This document shows, piece by piece, positions 34,984 to 43,403 of a stretch of 64,000 nucleotides of DNA. The DNA is taken from IMG/VR virus record IMGVR_UViG_3300043409_000928, positions 1 through 64,000 of that record; one strand, written 5' to 3'. Below the pieces are notes generated by a model, which ran no database searches, was not told where the DNA came from, and saw nothing but the letters and a program-made list of their open reading frames with translations. Both the position numbers and the translations under genes were made by a program. The number at the start of each line of letters is the position of its first letter. The stretch's first letter is position 1.

Positions 34984-35106
34984 TCAACTCCAAAACAATT
35001 TTTTAACAAAACTAAAAACGATCATAAAAATTGAGAAGTAAGCAGCCGCGCCCACCATCAATAGCAATACAACAGCCCACCAACCTGCCCGATCGCCTTC
35101 TGTCAT
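34984..35106 (-). CDS. Small membrane protein (40 aa)
   Basis: Hydrophobic; ATGA overlap. Confidence 0.5.
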   Translation of the reverse strand: MTEGDRAGWWAVVLLLMVGAAAYFSIFMIVFSFVKKLFWS

Positions 35107-35588
35107 TCTTCAACACCTAGTAGTCTTGCAATAATTACCTTATCAAAACCTTCTTCAACTGTTGGCATTTCAAATCGAGCAACCATGTCTTGTATGACTT
35201 CTGGTGGAATGACTTTACCAGGCCGATCTAACATTTTGGCATGCACAGTTGATGATGGAGTGTTAAACACCACAGCAATTTTAATATAGGTAGCTGGCGC
35301 CATACGCAATTTACGAGCACGGGTTTTAATAGTAGTACTGGTTTGGTCCCATACCACGTCCTTGCCTTCAGCAAAGGCCAACTGTGCTGATTCAGCCATT
35401 AGCCCTATTGCTGTTGGCATGTAGTCTTCAAATACTTCATTGTAGGTCTTTCCAACCGACATAGCATACCGTTCAACAAATATATCAGTACTAACAACAA
35501 CAGTATTATCCCAATTGAATGTTTGATGGCCAATCCAGGTACTTTTACCTGATCCAGGAACTCCAACCAGCACATACAATATTGGCAT
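35103..35588 (-). CDS. P-loop kinase (AAA_33, polynucleotide-kinase-like)
   Basis: GVPGSGKST; STD; PTVEEGFD. Confidence 0.85.
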   Translation of the reverse strand: MPILYVLVGVPGSGKSTWIGHQTFNWDNTVVVSTDIFVERYAMSVGKTYNEVFEDYMPTAIGLMAESAQLAFAEGKDVVWDQTSTTIKTRARKLRMAPATYIKIAVVFNTPSSTVHAKMLDRPGKVIPPEVIQDMVARFEMPTVEEGFDKVIIARLLGVEE

Positions 35589-35589
35589 T

Positions 35590-35775
35590 TTATTTTTCTG
35601 CTCGTAGTCTACGGCAACCTTCTTTGACTTCTACAGGATAGTCAGGACTGATTTCTGCAATGCTACAGTTGTATACTTTTTCTCTTGGCCAAGGAACAGT
35701 AAACAAAAGATACACACAAACGCACATGGCAGTGATTGCTCCGCACAACTCCCAATTAATTGTCAACAGTTTCAT
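35590..35775 (-). CDS. Small membrane protein
   Basis: TM plus YNCSIAEISPDYP. Confidence 0.55.
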   Translation of the reverse strand: MKLLTINWELCGAITAMCVCVYLLFTVPWPREKVYNCSIAEISPDYPVEVKEGCRRLRAEK

Positions 35776-36340
35776 CCGTGTCCTGTTCGTATATGCCACG
35801 AGCTTCGGCATGTTCTTTGCATAAGGTAGTAATCCAACCACCGCCAACTTGCTTGCCAGGATTGCCGCACTCCTCACAGGTAACAGCACTCATCGATTCT
35901 GCCATGCTAACAAGTCCGCTGATGTAATCATCACCACCCGAGTAATAAAATCTCAGAGTACCAAACTTCTCTTTGACTTGGTCTAAGGTAACTTGGCATA
36001 CTGGCTGTTCTACTTCACGCAGAGGTTGATCAATAAGTTCTTGTTTGCGTTTTTCTTTATACTCCAGATTAATCAGATCTTTATATTCTTCGTCAAACAA
36101 CTCACTGTTACCAGCTTTGAGCTGAGTGGCTATTTTATTAATTTTAATGGCAACATCATGTTGTCTAATCTTCCAATCAATATGATGTTGGATATTGCCC
36201 ATCAGCTGATCCAAGATATTAAACCAACCTTCACCACATTCAAAGCCCCAACACATACAAGTTTCTTTCATATCCTTGTTGCGGTTCACCATCATCTTTG
36301 GGTACCGCTCGCACAACAATTTGTCTAGCTCTTGTTTCAT
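35756..36340 (-). CDS. Conserved phage protein with C-terminal Zn finger
   Basis: CGEGW, QVKEKFGTLRFY, CEECG..C..H. Confidence 0.8.
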   Translation of the reverse strand: MKQELDKLLCERYPKMMVNRNKDMKETCMCWGFECGEGWFNILDQLMGNIQHHIDWKIRQHDVAIKINKIATQLKAGNSELFDEEYKDLINLEYKEKRKQELIDQPLREVEQPVCQVTLDQVKEKFGTLRFYYSGGDDYISGLVSMAESMSAVTCEECGNPGKQVGGGWITTLCKEHAEARGIYEQDTDETVDN

Positions 36341-36341
36341 A

Positions 36342-36539
36342 TTAATCCTTGTCTACAGGCATACAATGCGTTGGGAATAAGCCCTTCTGGACCCACATGT
36401 CTCCACCTTTATCTGGTGTCATTACAATACCCCCAAGGCACATGACTTGTGGAGGCTTGCTGATAAGCATCATAAAAATGCTCACTACAACCATGAGCCA
36501 TAACAGTATCATGAAAATTCTATATACCCATTTATTCAT
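36342..36539 (-). CDS. Small membrane protein
   Basis: TM segment. Confidence 0.55.
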   Translation of the reverse strand: MNKWVYRIFMILLWLMVVVSIFMMLISKPPQVMCLGGIVMTPDKGGDMWVQKGLFPTHCMPVDKD

Positions 36540-36772
36540 AGCTTCTCTCCACAATGTGGACACAGTTTAGTATTGGCATTACGCATTTCCTTCAGTGTCC
36601 GGTTTAGTTTCTTGGCATCAGCCAGTTGACTTTTAATCAACTTACGATTTCGATCACCCTTGGCCTTGCCTAATTCTTCTTTAAGGTGTAGCTTCATTTT
36701 GTTAAGCCTGCCTTCAAAGATTTCAATAAAGCCCGTTATCCCCGGACTACTGCTGGCTGGTGTAGCACTCAT
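36536..36772 (-). CDS. Hypothetical protein with CPHCG
   Basis: ORF track. Confidence 0.65.
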   Translation of the reverse strand: MSATPASSSPGITGFIEIFEGRLNKMKLHLKEELGKAKGDRNRKLIKSQLADAKKLNRTLKEMRNANTKLCPHCGEKL

Positions 36773-37023
36773 TTTATTTCATCCGGTGTTTCAACAAAGT
36801 CACTGATGATTAGATTGAGTGCTTCAATCCTACGCATGTTGCCTACAACATCTTCGGGATGCAACCAGTAGCCGTCAGGATTTTCGTCGGTCTTGGGATT
36901 CTTCTTCCACTTGGCCAATTCACTTTTGAGATTGGCTCGATAGTCTTTCAGGTTCATACTGGTAATACGATCTGCGGCTTCGCCGTCAATCCATTGATAA
37001 GGTTTGTGTTTGGCTTTACTCAC
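36769..37023 (-). CDS. Hypothetical protein
   Basis: YWLHPEDV. Confidence 0.65.
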   Translation of the reverse strand: MSKAKHKPYQWIDGEAADRITSMNLKDYRANLKSELAKWKKNPKTDENPDGYWLHPEDVVGNMRRIEALNLIISDFVETPDEIK

Positions 37024-37213
37024 TTAGTGATCCTTTTAATATAGTATCTCGACCTTGTTCACCAATGGTGTCATCAAGTATTTCTACTGTGCGTTGTAAC
37101 ATTGCACATGCTAACATTATAAGCTCTTCTCTGTCGTCTGTCAACTGAATGGAGCTGTCTATGAGCTCCATAATTTCAGTCATTCGTTGCTGTACATTGT
37201 CACGATCCTTCAT
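37016..37213 (-). CDS. Hypothetical protein
   Basis: ORF track. Confidence 0.6.
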   Translation of the reverse strand: MKDRDNVQQRMTEIMELIDSSIQLTDDREELIMLACAMLQRTVEILDDTIGEQGRDTILKGSLSE

Positions 37214-37224
37214 CTATTTTTTCC

Positions 37225-39294
37225 TTAAAATACGCTACGGGCCATTATTGAAAATCCTGTTGCTTGTACTCCTGCGGCACCACCTGCATTGAACTGTCGT
37301 ACTACATTAAATCCAACACTTGTTTTATTAGTGTGTTTGACAGTATAACCAAGTACTAGATTCATTTCACGAACTTCTGGTGCCAAGCTTGAACGCATTG
37401 TTTGTGACTGTGGATTTGCAGTACTTGTTCCATCACCATTGTCGCTGTATGTGTAAGATGTGACTCCGGTTACTGTTGCGCCACCGCTTCGTACCTGCAC
37501 TGGTTGGGCAACAAATAATGTAATTGCATCATGTAATTTGCCTTGGTCAACAAACACTCGTTGTTGTGATGCACCCAGCTTCCAACTATCACTTACAAGT
37601 GTAGAATCCAATTGGATCATGCTACCTTGTACATTAGAGGTTTTGGTAAAGCCCACGGTATAATTGCCAATCAATGCGGTATTCTCAGCCACCTTGTAAC
37701 TGCCGCCTGCGCCGAACCAAGTGGTATTGCTACCACCAAATGCCATTGCGCCGCCACCTTGTGAACCAAGCACAGAGTTTGCTTCCTTCAAGGCACCCGC
37801 TTCAAAGCTTAACCGAGTACGCTCACTCTGTTGCCATTCATATTGAGTTGCAGTACCTGTGTCACTGGTCATCAGTGTTATTACACTATCTTTACCAAAT
37901 GGTACTGCCATGTGTCTATAGTTTGAAGAAGCCATGGACATCCACGGGCTGGCATATTGGTAACTCATTGAGTTGGTAAATGCCACTGCCTTTGTTAGGT
38001 TTGCAGTATAATTGCGGCCGATACTGTCAACCACTTGTGCGTTTTGTAACACTGAACTGGTGGCCAAACTAATTGCGCCAGATGTGGCTACTCCTGTGCC
38101 AGTGAGGCCAACTGTTTTGCCTTGTGGACCAGAGCCGTTGAGTTTGGTCATGTTGGCCAGTGTCACTGTGCCCATTGGCTGGGTGGCCTTATCAAAGTTT
38201 ACCATGCCACGGCCAGTCACATTTGAGTCTCCCATTGGAGTGGCTGTATTTAGAATCAATGAAACAATTTGTTCTGCCCTTAACTGTGGCCACGCCTGTT
38301 TCATCAATGCCACACCACCAGACACATAGGCAGTAGCACCACTGGATCCGGTAACTGGAATGGCACCGCTGGAGTTTGACTTTCCGTCAGCATCTTTCAA
38401 TCCATATTGGTTGGCCACTGAACCATACAACTGCATGCCAGGGGCGACAACATAGAAGTCCTTGACCAGATAAGGATCATTACAGGTAGAACCAGATATG
38501 TTATTGCAAATGGAACCGGCCTTGTTTGACGAAGTGGCAATGTTGCCGTTGGTGTCAGAATAGCCAACAATCAGCATCTTGCCACCCAGTACCAAATTAC
38601 CTTTGCTATCAACCTGTGTGGCAAACATTCCTGGTACCTGTGAGTATGCCAGTCCCTGATTGCCTGCGGCCGCAACAATGATACTTCCTCTGTTGGTACC
38701 TACGGCAAATGCTTGAACATCAGTGACACTGTAACCATACAATGATCCATATGCGGCAGGCGCTTTATAAATTCCTGCAGACATTTGGGAGATGCCTTTG
38801 GTAAAAGTTGAATCAAACGTAGATCCTAAACTCAGGTTAATAACCGATGCGCCGTTGGCACTGGCCCAATCCACTGCTTGCTTGACTGCGGTAAAATTAA
38901 TGCCAGTTGTCTTGCCACCAGAACCAACTTGGGCCAGCAATAGGCTTGCATCAGGTGCCGCGCCAACAGTGCCTGAATCATTTTTATTGGCGGCCGCAAT
39001 GCCAGCCATCATTGTTCCATGATGGCCCCAAGTTACCACGGATGCGGGATTATAGAAATTTTTACTGCCAACAATTTTATTGGCAAAGTCTGCGTGAGTT
39101 AAATCAAAGCCCTGGTCAACAATGGCAATTGTTATACCTTTGCCAGTGAACCCTCTGGACCAGGCAATGGGTACACCTGTTTTTGCAAGTGCAGTTGAGA
39201 TTTCCTGCGCTTCATAATTTAGTGCTTTGGTCTGTGCGTAGGCTGTACTGCCTAGGGCCAATAAAATTGCTAAGGTTAGTGCTTTGAGTTTCAT
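37225..39294 (-). CDS. Subtilisin-like S8 protease with C-terminal beta-barrel (autotransporter-like)
   Basis: Signal peptide; IVDQG, HGT, AAGN, TGSSGA; terminal Phe. Confidence 0.88.
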   Translation of the reverse strand: MKLKALTLAILLALGSTAYAQTKALNYEAQEISTALAKTGVPIAWSRGFTGKGITIAIVDQGFDLTHADFANKIVGSKNFYNPASVVTWGHHGTMMAGIAAANKNDSGTVGAAPDASLLLAQVGSGGKTTGINFTAVKQAVDWASANGASVINLSLGSTFDSTFTKGISQMSAGIYKAPAAYGSLYGYSVTDVQAFAVGTNRGSIIVAAAGNQGLAYSQVPGMFATQVDSKGNLVLGGKMLIVGYSDTNGNIATSSNKAGSICNNISGSTCNDPYLVKDFYVVAPGMQLYGSVANQYGLKDADGKSNSSGAIPVTGSSGATAYVSGGVALMKQAWPQLRAEQIVSLILNTATPMGDSNVTGRGMVNFDKATQPMGTVTLANMTKLNGSGPQGKTVGLTGTGVATSGAISLATSSVLQNAQVVDSIGRNYTANLTKAVAFTNSMSYQYASPWMSMASSNYRHMAVPFGKDSVITLMTSDTGTATQYEWQQSERTRLSFEAGALKEANSVLGSQGGGAMAFGGSNTTWFGAGGSYKVAENTALIGNYTVGFTKTSNVQGSMIQLDSTLVSDSWKLGASQQRVFVDQGKLHDAITLFVAQPVQVRSGGATVTGVTSYTYSDNGDGTSTANPQSQTMRSSLAPEVREMNLVLGYTVKHTNKTSVGFNVVRQFNAGGAAGVQATGFSIMARSVF

Positions 39295-39302
39295 GGGTGT
39301 CC

Positions 39303-39629
39303 TTAAACAGTTGTAGAAATTTGATAACCCTCAGACTTTAAAAAAGCAATAGCTTCTTTAATCTTTGTCTGTTTGCGTTCTACTGTGGCCAGGGCCTTGA
39401 CTGCACCTTCTCTAGTCCTGGCAAAGACCTTTATACCAGTACTAGTATGGACTCCAAAGTAATGTGTAGTGGCGTCGGTAAAAGTTCTTTGTGTGTAACC
39501 ATACATGCAAAATTCTGCGCTGGCTTGACCCATGGGCAGTTGTGCTTTAGTGCTTTTACTTGGAGGATATTTGGCACTCCAATATTCCTCAAAACTGCCT
39601 CTTTTACGGACTGTGTCTGTTGTAGCCAT
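39303..39629 (-). CDS. Hypothetical protein
   Basis: RBS; promoter 39653-39681 (TTGACA-17-TATAAT). Confidence 0.65.
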   Translation of the reverse strand: MATTDTVRKRGSFEEYWSAKYPPSKSTKAQLPMGQASAEFCMYGYTQRTFTDATTHYFGVHTSTGIKVFARTREGAVKALATVERKQTKIKEAIAFLKSEGYQISTTV

Positions 39630-39661
39630 TTTGGTTCCTTGTGTGTCTATATATTATACTA

Positions 39662-40048
39662 TTAAACAGGCTTGTTGTCAACTAGTCTGCGGATGCGGTG
39701 GGCCATGTCCTCGGGCGTGTCACCTTTGCCTGTAAGCATGAAAGCCACATGCTCCACCATGTCTGCGCTTTTGAACTCCAGGTCAATGCCCAAGTTCTTG
39801 AACACCAGGTTCACTTGCTTAAGAGTCTCAACAACGGTGTCGTGGACGATAGTGCAATGCTCGTTTTCAATTTCGTCCTCGTCGTAGCCGATATCTTCTA
39901 ATATAGTGTTATAGGCACACTGGTCGTCCATGATACAGAACTTACCAAAAGCCTTATTAAGGTCAGGATCCATAAAGTCATCAATGCCATCACCGATGTC
40001 ATTGGAATCAATGCTGTTAAGGTATTCTTGTTTGGTAAATGTACGCAT
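39662..40048 (-). CDS. Acidic hypothetical protein
   Basis: AAGGA RBS. Confidence 0.7.
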   Translation of the reverse strand: MRTFTKQEYLNSIDSNDIGDGIDDFMDPDLNKAFGKFCIMDDQCAYNTILEDIGYDEDEIENEHCTIVHDTVVETLKQVNLVFKNLGIDLEFKSADMVEHVAFMLTGKGDTPEDMAHRIRRLVDNKPV

Positions 40049-40220
40049 GATAGTTCCTTTGTGTGTATGTGTTTATCATACAACTACTTTGGCAAGTTGT
40101 CAACCTAGTTATTAATCGTTGCCCCACCCAAGTGCCCCAGTTCCTCTAGGGCTTGAACACTGTTCCTCAGTGTGCTTGTGTGCTCTTTCCTTCAGCAACC
40201 TTATTTTTCGTTATGTGTTT

Positions 40221-40249
40221 ATTATACGGCCTTTTGGGCCTGCTGTCAA
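40221..40249 (-). promoter_or_regulatory. sigma70 early promoter
   Basis: TTGACA-17-TATAAT. Confidence 0.8.
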
Positions 40250-40321
40250 CCGTTTTTGTGTTGTATTTTAGCCACAAAAAAGCCCCAATTAAGGGGCTAA
40301 TTTGTCTAATTTTTAAGCAAA

Positions 40322-40600
40322 TTAGAGGGTGATGCCCAAAGATTGAGCCTTGTATGCAAGTGCAACTAGACGGCGACTTGCTTCACCATGGCGATATTCA
40401 GTGACCTGAACGCCATTACCTGCTAGGCGGCTGTTTGCATAAATTGCATGACCGCGTTGACGAATAACGCTGATTGTGGCAGTTGGATTGGCAATACCAA
40501 AACGCTTGCTGATTGCGGCTTCGGTCAATGTTTCACCATTGAGAACCAGTGCCTTAAACAGTTTGTATTGCTTAGTATCTTCTTTGAATTTCTTTAACAT
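40322..40600 (-). CDS. Winged-HTH-like DNA-binding protein
   Basis: GETLTEAAISKRFGIANPTATISVIRQRG. Confidence 0.65.
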   Translation of the reverse strand: MLKKFKEDTKQYKLFKALVLNGETLTEAAISKRFGIANPTATISVIRQRGHAIYANSRLAGNGVQVTEYRHGEASRRLVALAYKAQSLGITL

Positions 40601-40717
40601 GTTGTTTCCTTAAATTATTACATCACTATGTGATGCTTTTAACATTGTAACATTACTTAAACAGAAAGTCTATGAGGTGTTAGCCACATAGACTTCTTTT
40701 GGCAAAACTACCGTTTA

Positions 40718-40984
40718 TTACTTCTGTGCAATGAACTCGTTTAGGACCTTGGCCTTCTTTATGATCTCTTCTTCAGTAGGAAAAGGTCGGAAGGTAGGTT
40801 GTGCTGGAACTGCTTCAACTGGTTGATCAATTGAATGGGCTCGAATCTGGACCAGGTTAACTTCCTGTTCCCACTGCCGAGTTAACATTTCTCGATTTGC
40901 ATGCCAGTCTTGCTCTAGCATTTCTTTTGACATCTTGAGTAGTTCAAGACGAAGTTGGTAGCCATTGGGGGCTGTTGTACTCAT
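40718..40984 (-). CDS. Conserved T4-like hypothetical protein
   Basis: YQLRLELLKM...FPTEEEIIKKA. Confidence 0.7.
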   Translation of the reverse strand: MSTTAPNGYQLRLELLKMSKEMLEQDWHANREMLTRQWEQEVNLVQIRAHSIDQPVEAVPAQPTFRPFPTEEEIIKKAKVLNEFIAQK

Positions 40985-41055
40985 TGTAATTCTCCTGTGT
41001 TTGAGTGTGTTGTAAAACTGTTGTCTTACATATTAATTATACACTACAAAAACAC

Positions 41056-41081
41056 AAAAGCCACCGTAGTGGTGGCTTTTG
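41056..41081. terminator. Intrinsic terminator
   Basis: CAAAAGCCACC-GTAGT-GGTGGCTTTTG. Confidence 0.7.
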
Positions 41082-41099
41082 GCAAAGCTAATTTAAAAA

Positions 41100-41660
41100 T
41101 TAAAAACTGCGAGTGTAGTTAACTGCTATAACATTTTGCTTTGCATCGCCTGTTACTTTATCGTAACGAACGCCAACTGCATCTTGCTTGGTAAATGCAT
41201 ACGAAACGCCGGCACGAACTGTTTGGGTTGTGTCGCCATTCAAAGCGGCATCTTGCACGGCACTACGATAGCGATAACCAACCTTTGCAGTTAAGCCAGT
41301 GCTACCAATTGGAGCAGAAAGACCTGGTTCAACTGAGTAGTACGAGAAGTTACCAGTGGCCTTAAACACCTGACCAACTGCCACTGTGGTGTATCCGCTT
41401 ACTGGACCAAGTAATTTGACCTGAGCAGTTACACCAGCTTCTGCGCGATTAGAAATTGCATTGGTATTATCAGTCTGTGTGTTTGATACTTGAAAATGAC
41501 CAGAAAAGTTTGGTGTAATACTACCACGGACTGTTAAGTTCATATTCATTGCATCATTGCCTGTTGAATTGTCGATACTGCTACCTTCAATTGATACTGA
41601 TGCGGCACTTGCGGCGCCACTTACTAATGTAATTGCTAGAATTGCTAATAGTTTCTTCAT
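41100..41660 (-). CDS. Outer-membrane beta-barrel protein
   Basis: Signal peptide; alternating beta pattern; C-terminal YTRSF. Confidence 0.8.
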   Translation of the reverse strand: MKKLLAILAITLVSGAASAASVSIEGSSIDNSTGNDAMNMNLTVRGSITPNFSGHFQVSNTQTDNTNAISNRAEAGVTAQVKLLGPVSGYTTVAVGQVFKATGNFSYYSVEPGLSAPIGSTGLTAKVGYRYRSAVQDAALNGDTTQTVRAGVSYAFTKQDAVGVRYDKVTGDAKQNVIAVNYTRSF

Positions 41661-41745
41661 TGTTTAAGTTTCCTTTTGAGTATGCACAGCAAAACACTCT
41701 GTGCTGTACATACTTAGTGAAGTAATAAAATAGCAGTATACCAGA

Positions 41746-42297
41746 CTAATCACCGTAGTGTGCTCTTACGGGCCGTTTAAGCATGACTTTTACTAGGTCA
41801 TCCAAAAGATAAGGAGTACAATTGTTTCCGTCCATGCTAACATCCATAATCCTGCCATCTACACCACACGGTCGGGCATGTAAGTGCCCGTGAAAATGTA
41901 TAGATCCACGATGCATCTGGTCCCATTCCCACATGGGATAATGGAACAGTACAATATATTCGCCTTTGTAATTAAACGCATGATAGTCATGTACTTCGGT
42001 GAAGCAGTTTCTAAACATCCGGTCTTTTAAATTCTTTATGTCATGGTTGCCTGTGATTAATACCTTTTCGCCGCGACAGCGATTGATAATTCGAGTGGCC
42101 TTTTCTACGTCTCCAAATGCCACATCTCCTAGGATGTATACTTTATCAATTGGACTTATCATGCTGTTCCACTGACTAATAATAACTTCATTCATTTCGT
42201 CAGTGTTGGCATACGGTCGTGTGGCGGCGCAGAACTTTAAAATGCCATGATGATGAAAATGGATGTCGCTGGTAATCCAGGTTTTGCTTTCAATCAT
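41746..42297 (-). CDS. Calcineurin-like metallophosphoesterase
   Basis: SDIH, LGD, GNHD, HGHLH. Confidence 0.9.
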   Translation of the reverse strand: MIESKTWITSDIHFHHHGILKFCAATRPYANTDEMNEVIISQWNSMISPIDKVYILGDVAFGDVEKATRIINRCRGEKVLITGNHDIKNLKDRMFRNCFTEVHDYHAFNYKGEYIVLFHYPMWEWDQMHRGSIHFHGHLHARPCGVDGRIMDVSMDGNNCTPYLLDDLVKVMLKRPVRAHYGD

Positions 42298-42455
42298 TCT
42301 TGCTTTCTTAGTCGATCAATTTCATCTGCGGCTTCTTCCAGCAGGTCGGCAATTCGATCCGGGGCTCCTTCTTGTACACTCTTTCGAGTCTGAATTTGCC
42401 TCCGGATCTCTGCTCTTTTTCTTAAACGAAACACAAGGTCTTGTTCGCTGATCAT
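42294..42455 (-). CDS. Small conserved phage protein
   Basis: RLRKRAEIRRQI...DRIADLLEEAADEI. Confidence 0.65.
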   Translation of the reverse strand: MISEQDLVFRLRKRAEIRRQIQTRKSVQEGAPDRIADLLEEAADEIDRLRKQE

Positions 42456-42955
42456 TTAGACACACTGGTCCTGGCTTCTGCCATTAACGTGGCATCTCCA
42501 CGAGTCAACACTTCCAACAACAACCGCTTTTCTTCCAAGTACACTTTGGCAAAGGCAACATCTTCTTTTACAATGCTTCTGGTGTTGGAGATCAAGTCGG
42601 CCAACTTTACAGTCTGTGCTCCGGCAGGTGCACCGGCAGTATGTGCCCGGTCAATTGCCTTGCGAATAGCACGATTGCCTTGTTCGGGACGACTGACATC
42701 AGTTAACCAGCCCACTAACTCAGCAACCGCGGCGCCAAATTCGGCACGGATCACTTCGTTGGTAACGCCAGTGTCTTCAACAACATCATGCAACCAAGCG
42801 GCCGCCAACATTTCGGGTGTGTGGGAAACTGTTGAAACAATGCTGGCTACTTCAGCAGGATGCACAATGTACGGCTCATTAGTGTACTTCCGTAATTGTG
42901 CCACAGCTGAATGGGCCGCTGTTGCAAAAATTCTGGCTCGTTCTACTAATTCCAT
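42452..42955 (-). CDS. HD-domain hydrolase, SpoT/Mesh1 small alarmone hydrolase-like
   Basis: AH..Q.RK..EPYIVHP, LHDVVEDT, VKLADLISN. Confidence 0.85.
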   Translation of the reverse strand: MELVERARIFATAAHSAVAQLRKYTNEPYIVHPAEVASIVSTVSHTPEMLAAAWLHDVVEDTGVTNEVIRAEFGAAVAELVGWLTDVSRPEQGNRAIRKAIDRAHTAGAPAGAQTVKLADLISNTRSIVKEDVAFAKVYLEEKRLLLEVLTRGDATLMAEARTSVSK

Positions 42956-43029
42956 ATGATTCTCCTGTTTCATATAGTATTATAGCACAAATTGGGCAGT
43001 GAAGTCAACCGTTGTGAAAATACAACAAG

Positions 43030-43375
43030 AAGAAACCCGCCGAAGCGGGTTCTGAGTTTCTGTTACGAGGTATGTCTTACCCTAAGTGGCTGTTAGGCCG
43101 CTAATGCGAACTGTGAGTCGTTTGCTTTTACTTTATTTCTTCTTTTTACATCGTTGCTGATGTGCTGTCCACTTGTTTACTTGTTGCCCTGTCGAAACCA
43201 TGACTGGCCCATCAAAAAAGGACTATAAAGAATACTACTATCAGTACGATAGATAGAACTCCACATACGAGTTGATACAGATATTCACTATCCATACAAT
43301 CCCCTTTTGGTGGACCAGGCGGGAGTCGAACCCGCGTCCAGAACACTTTTCTCTTTGCTTCATACAGCAATAACT
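43030..43375 (-). ncRNA. ssrA: Circularly permuted two-piece tmRNA
   Basis: T-arm/CCA piece (ends 43308) precedes GGGCCAG piece (starts 43210); G3-U70; tag ANDSQFALAA at 43093-43125; promoter TTGACC-17-TATACT at 43379-43407; terminator at 43030-43051. Confidence 0.92.
43212..43295 (-). CDS. 27-aa hydrophobic peptide inside tmRNA intervening segment
   Basis: MDSEYLYQLVCGVLSIVLIVVFFIVLF; AAGGGG RBS. Confidence 0.5.
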   Translation of the reverse strand: MDSEYLYQLVCGVLSIVLIVVFFIVLF

Positions 43376-43403
43376 TACAGTATATACTTATTTGATCAGC
43401 AGG

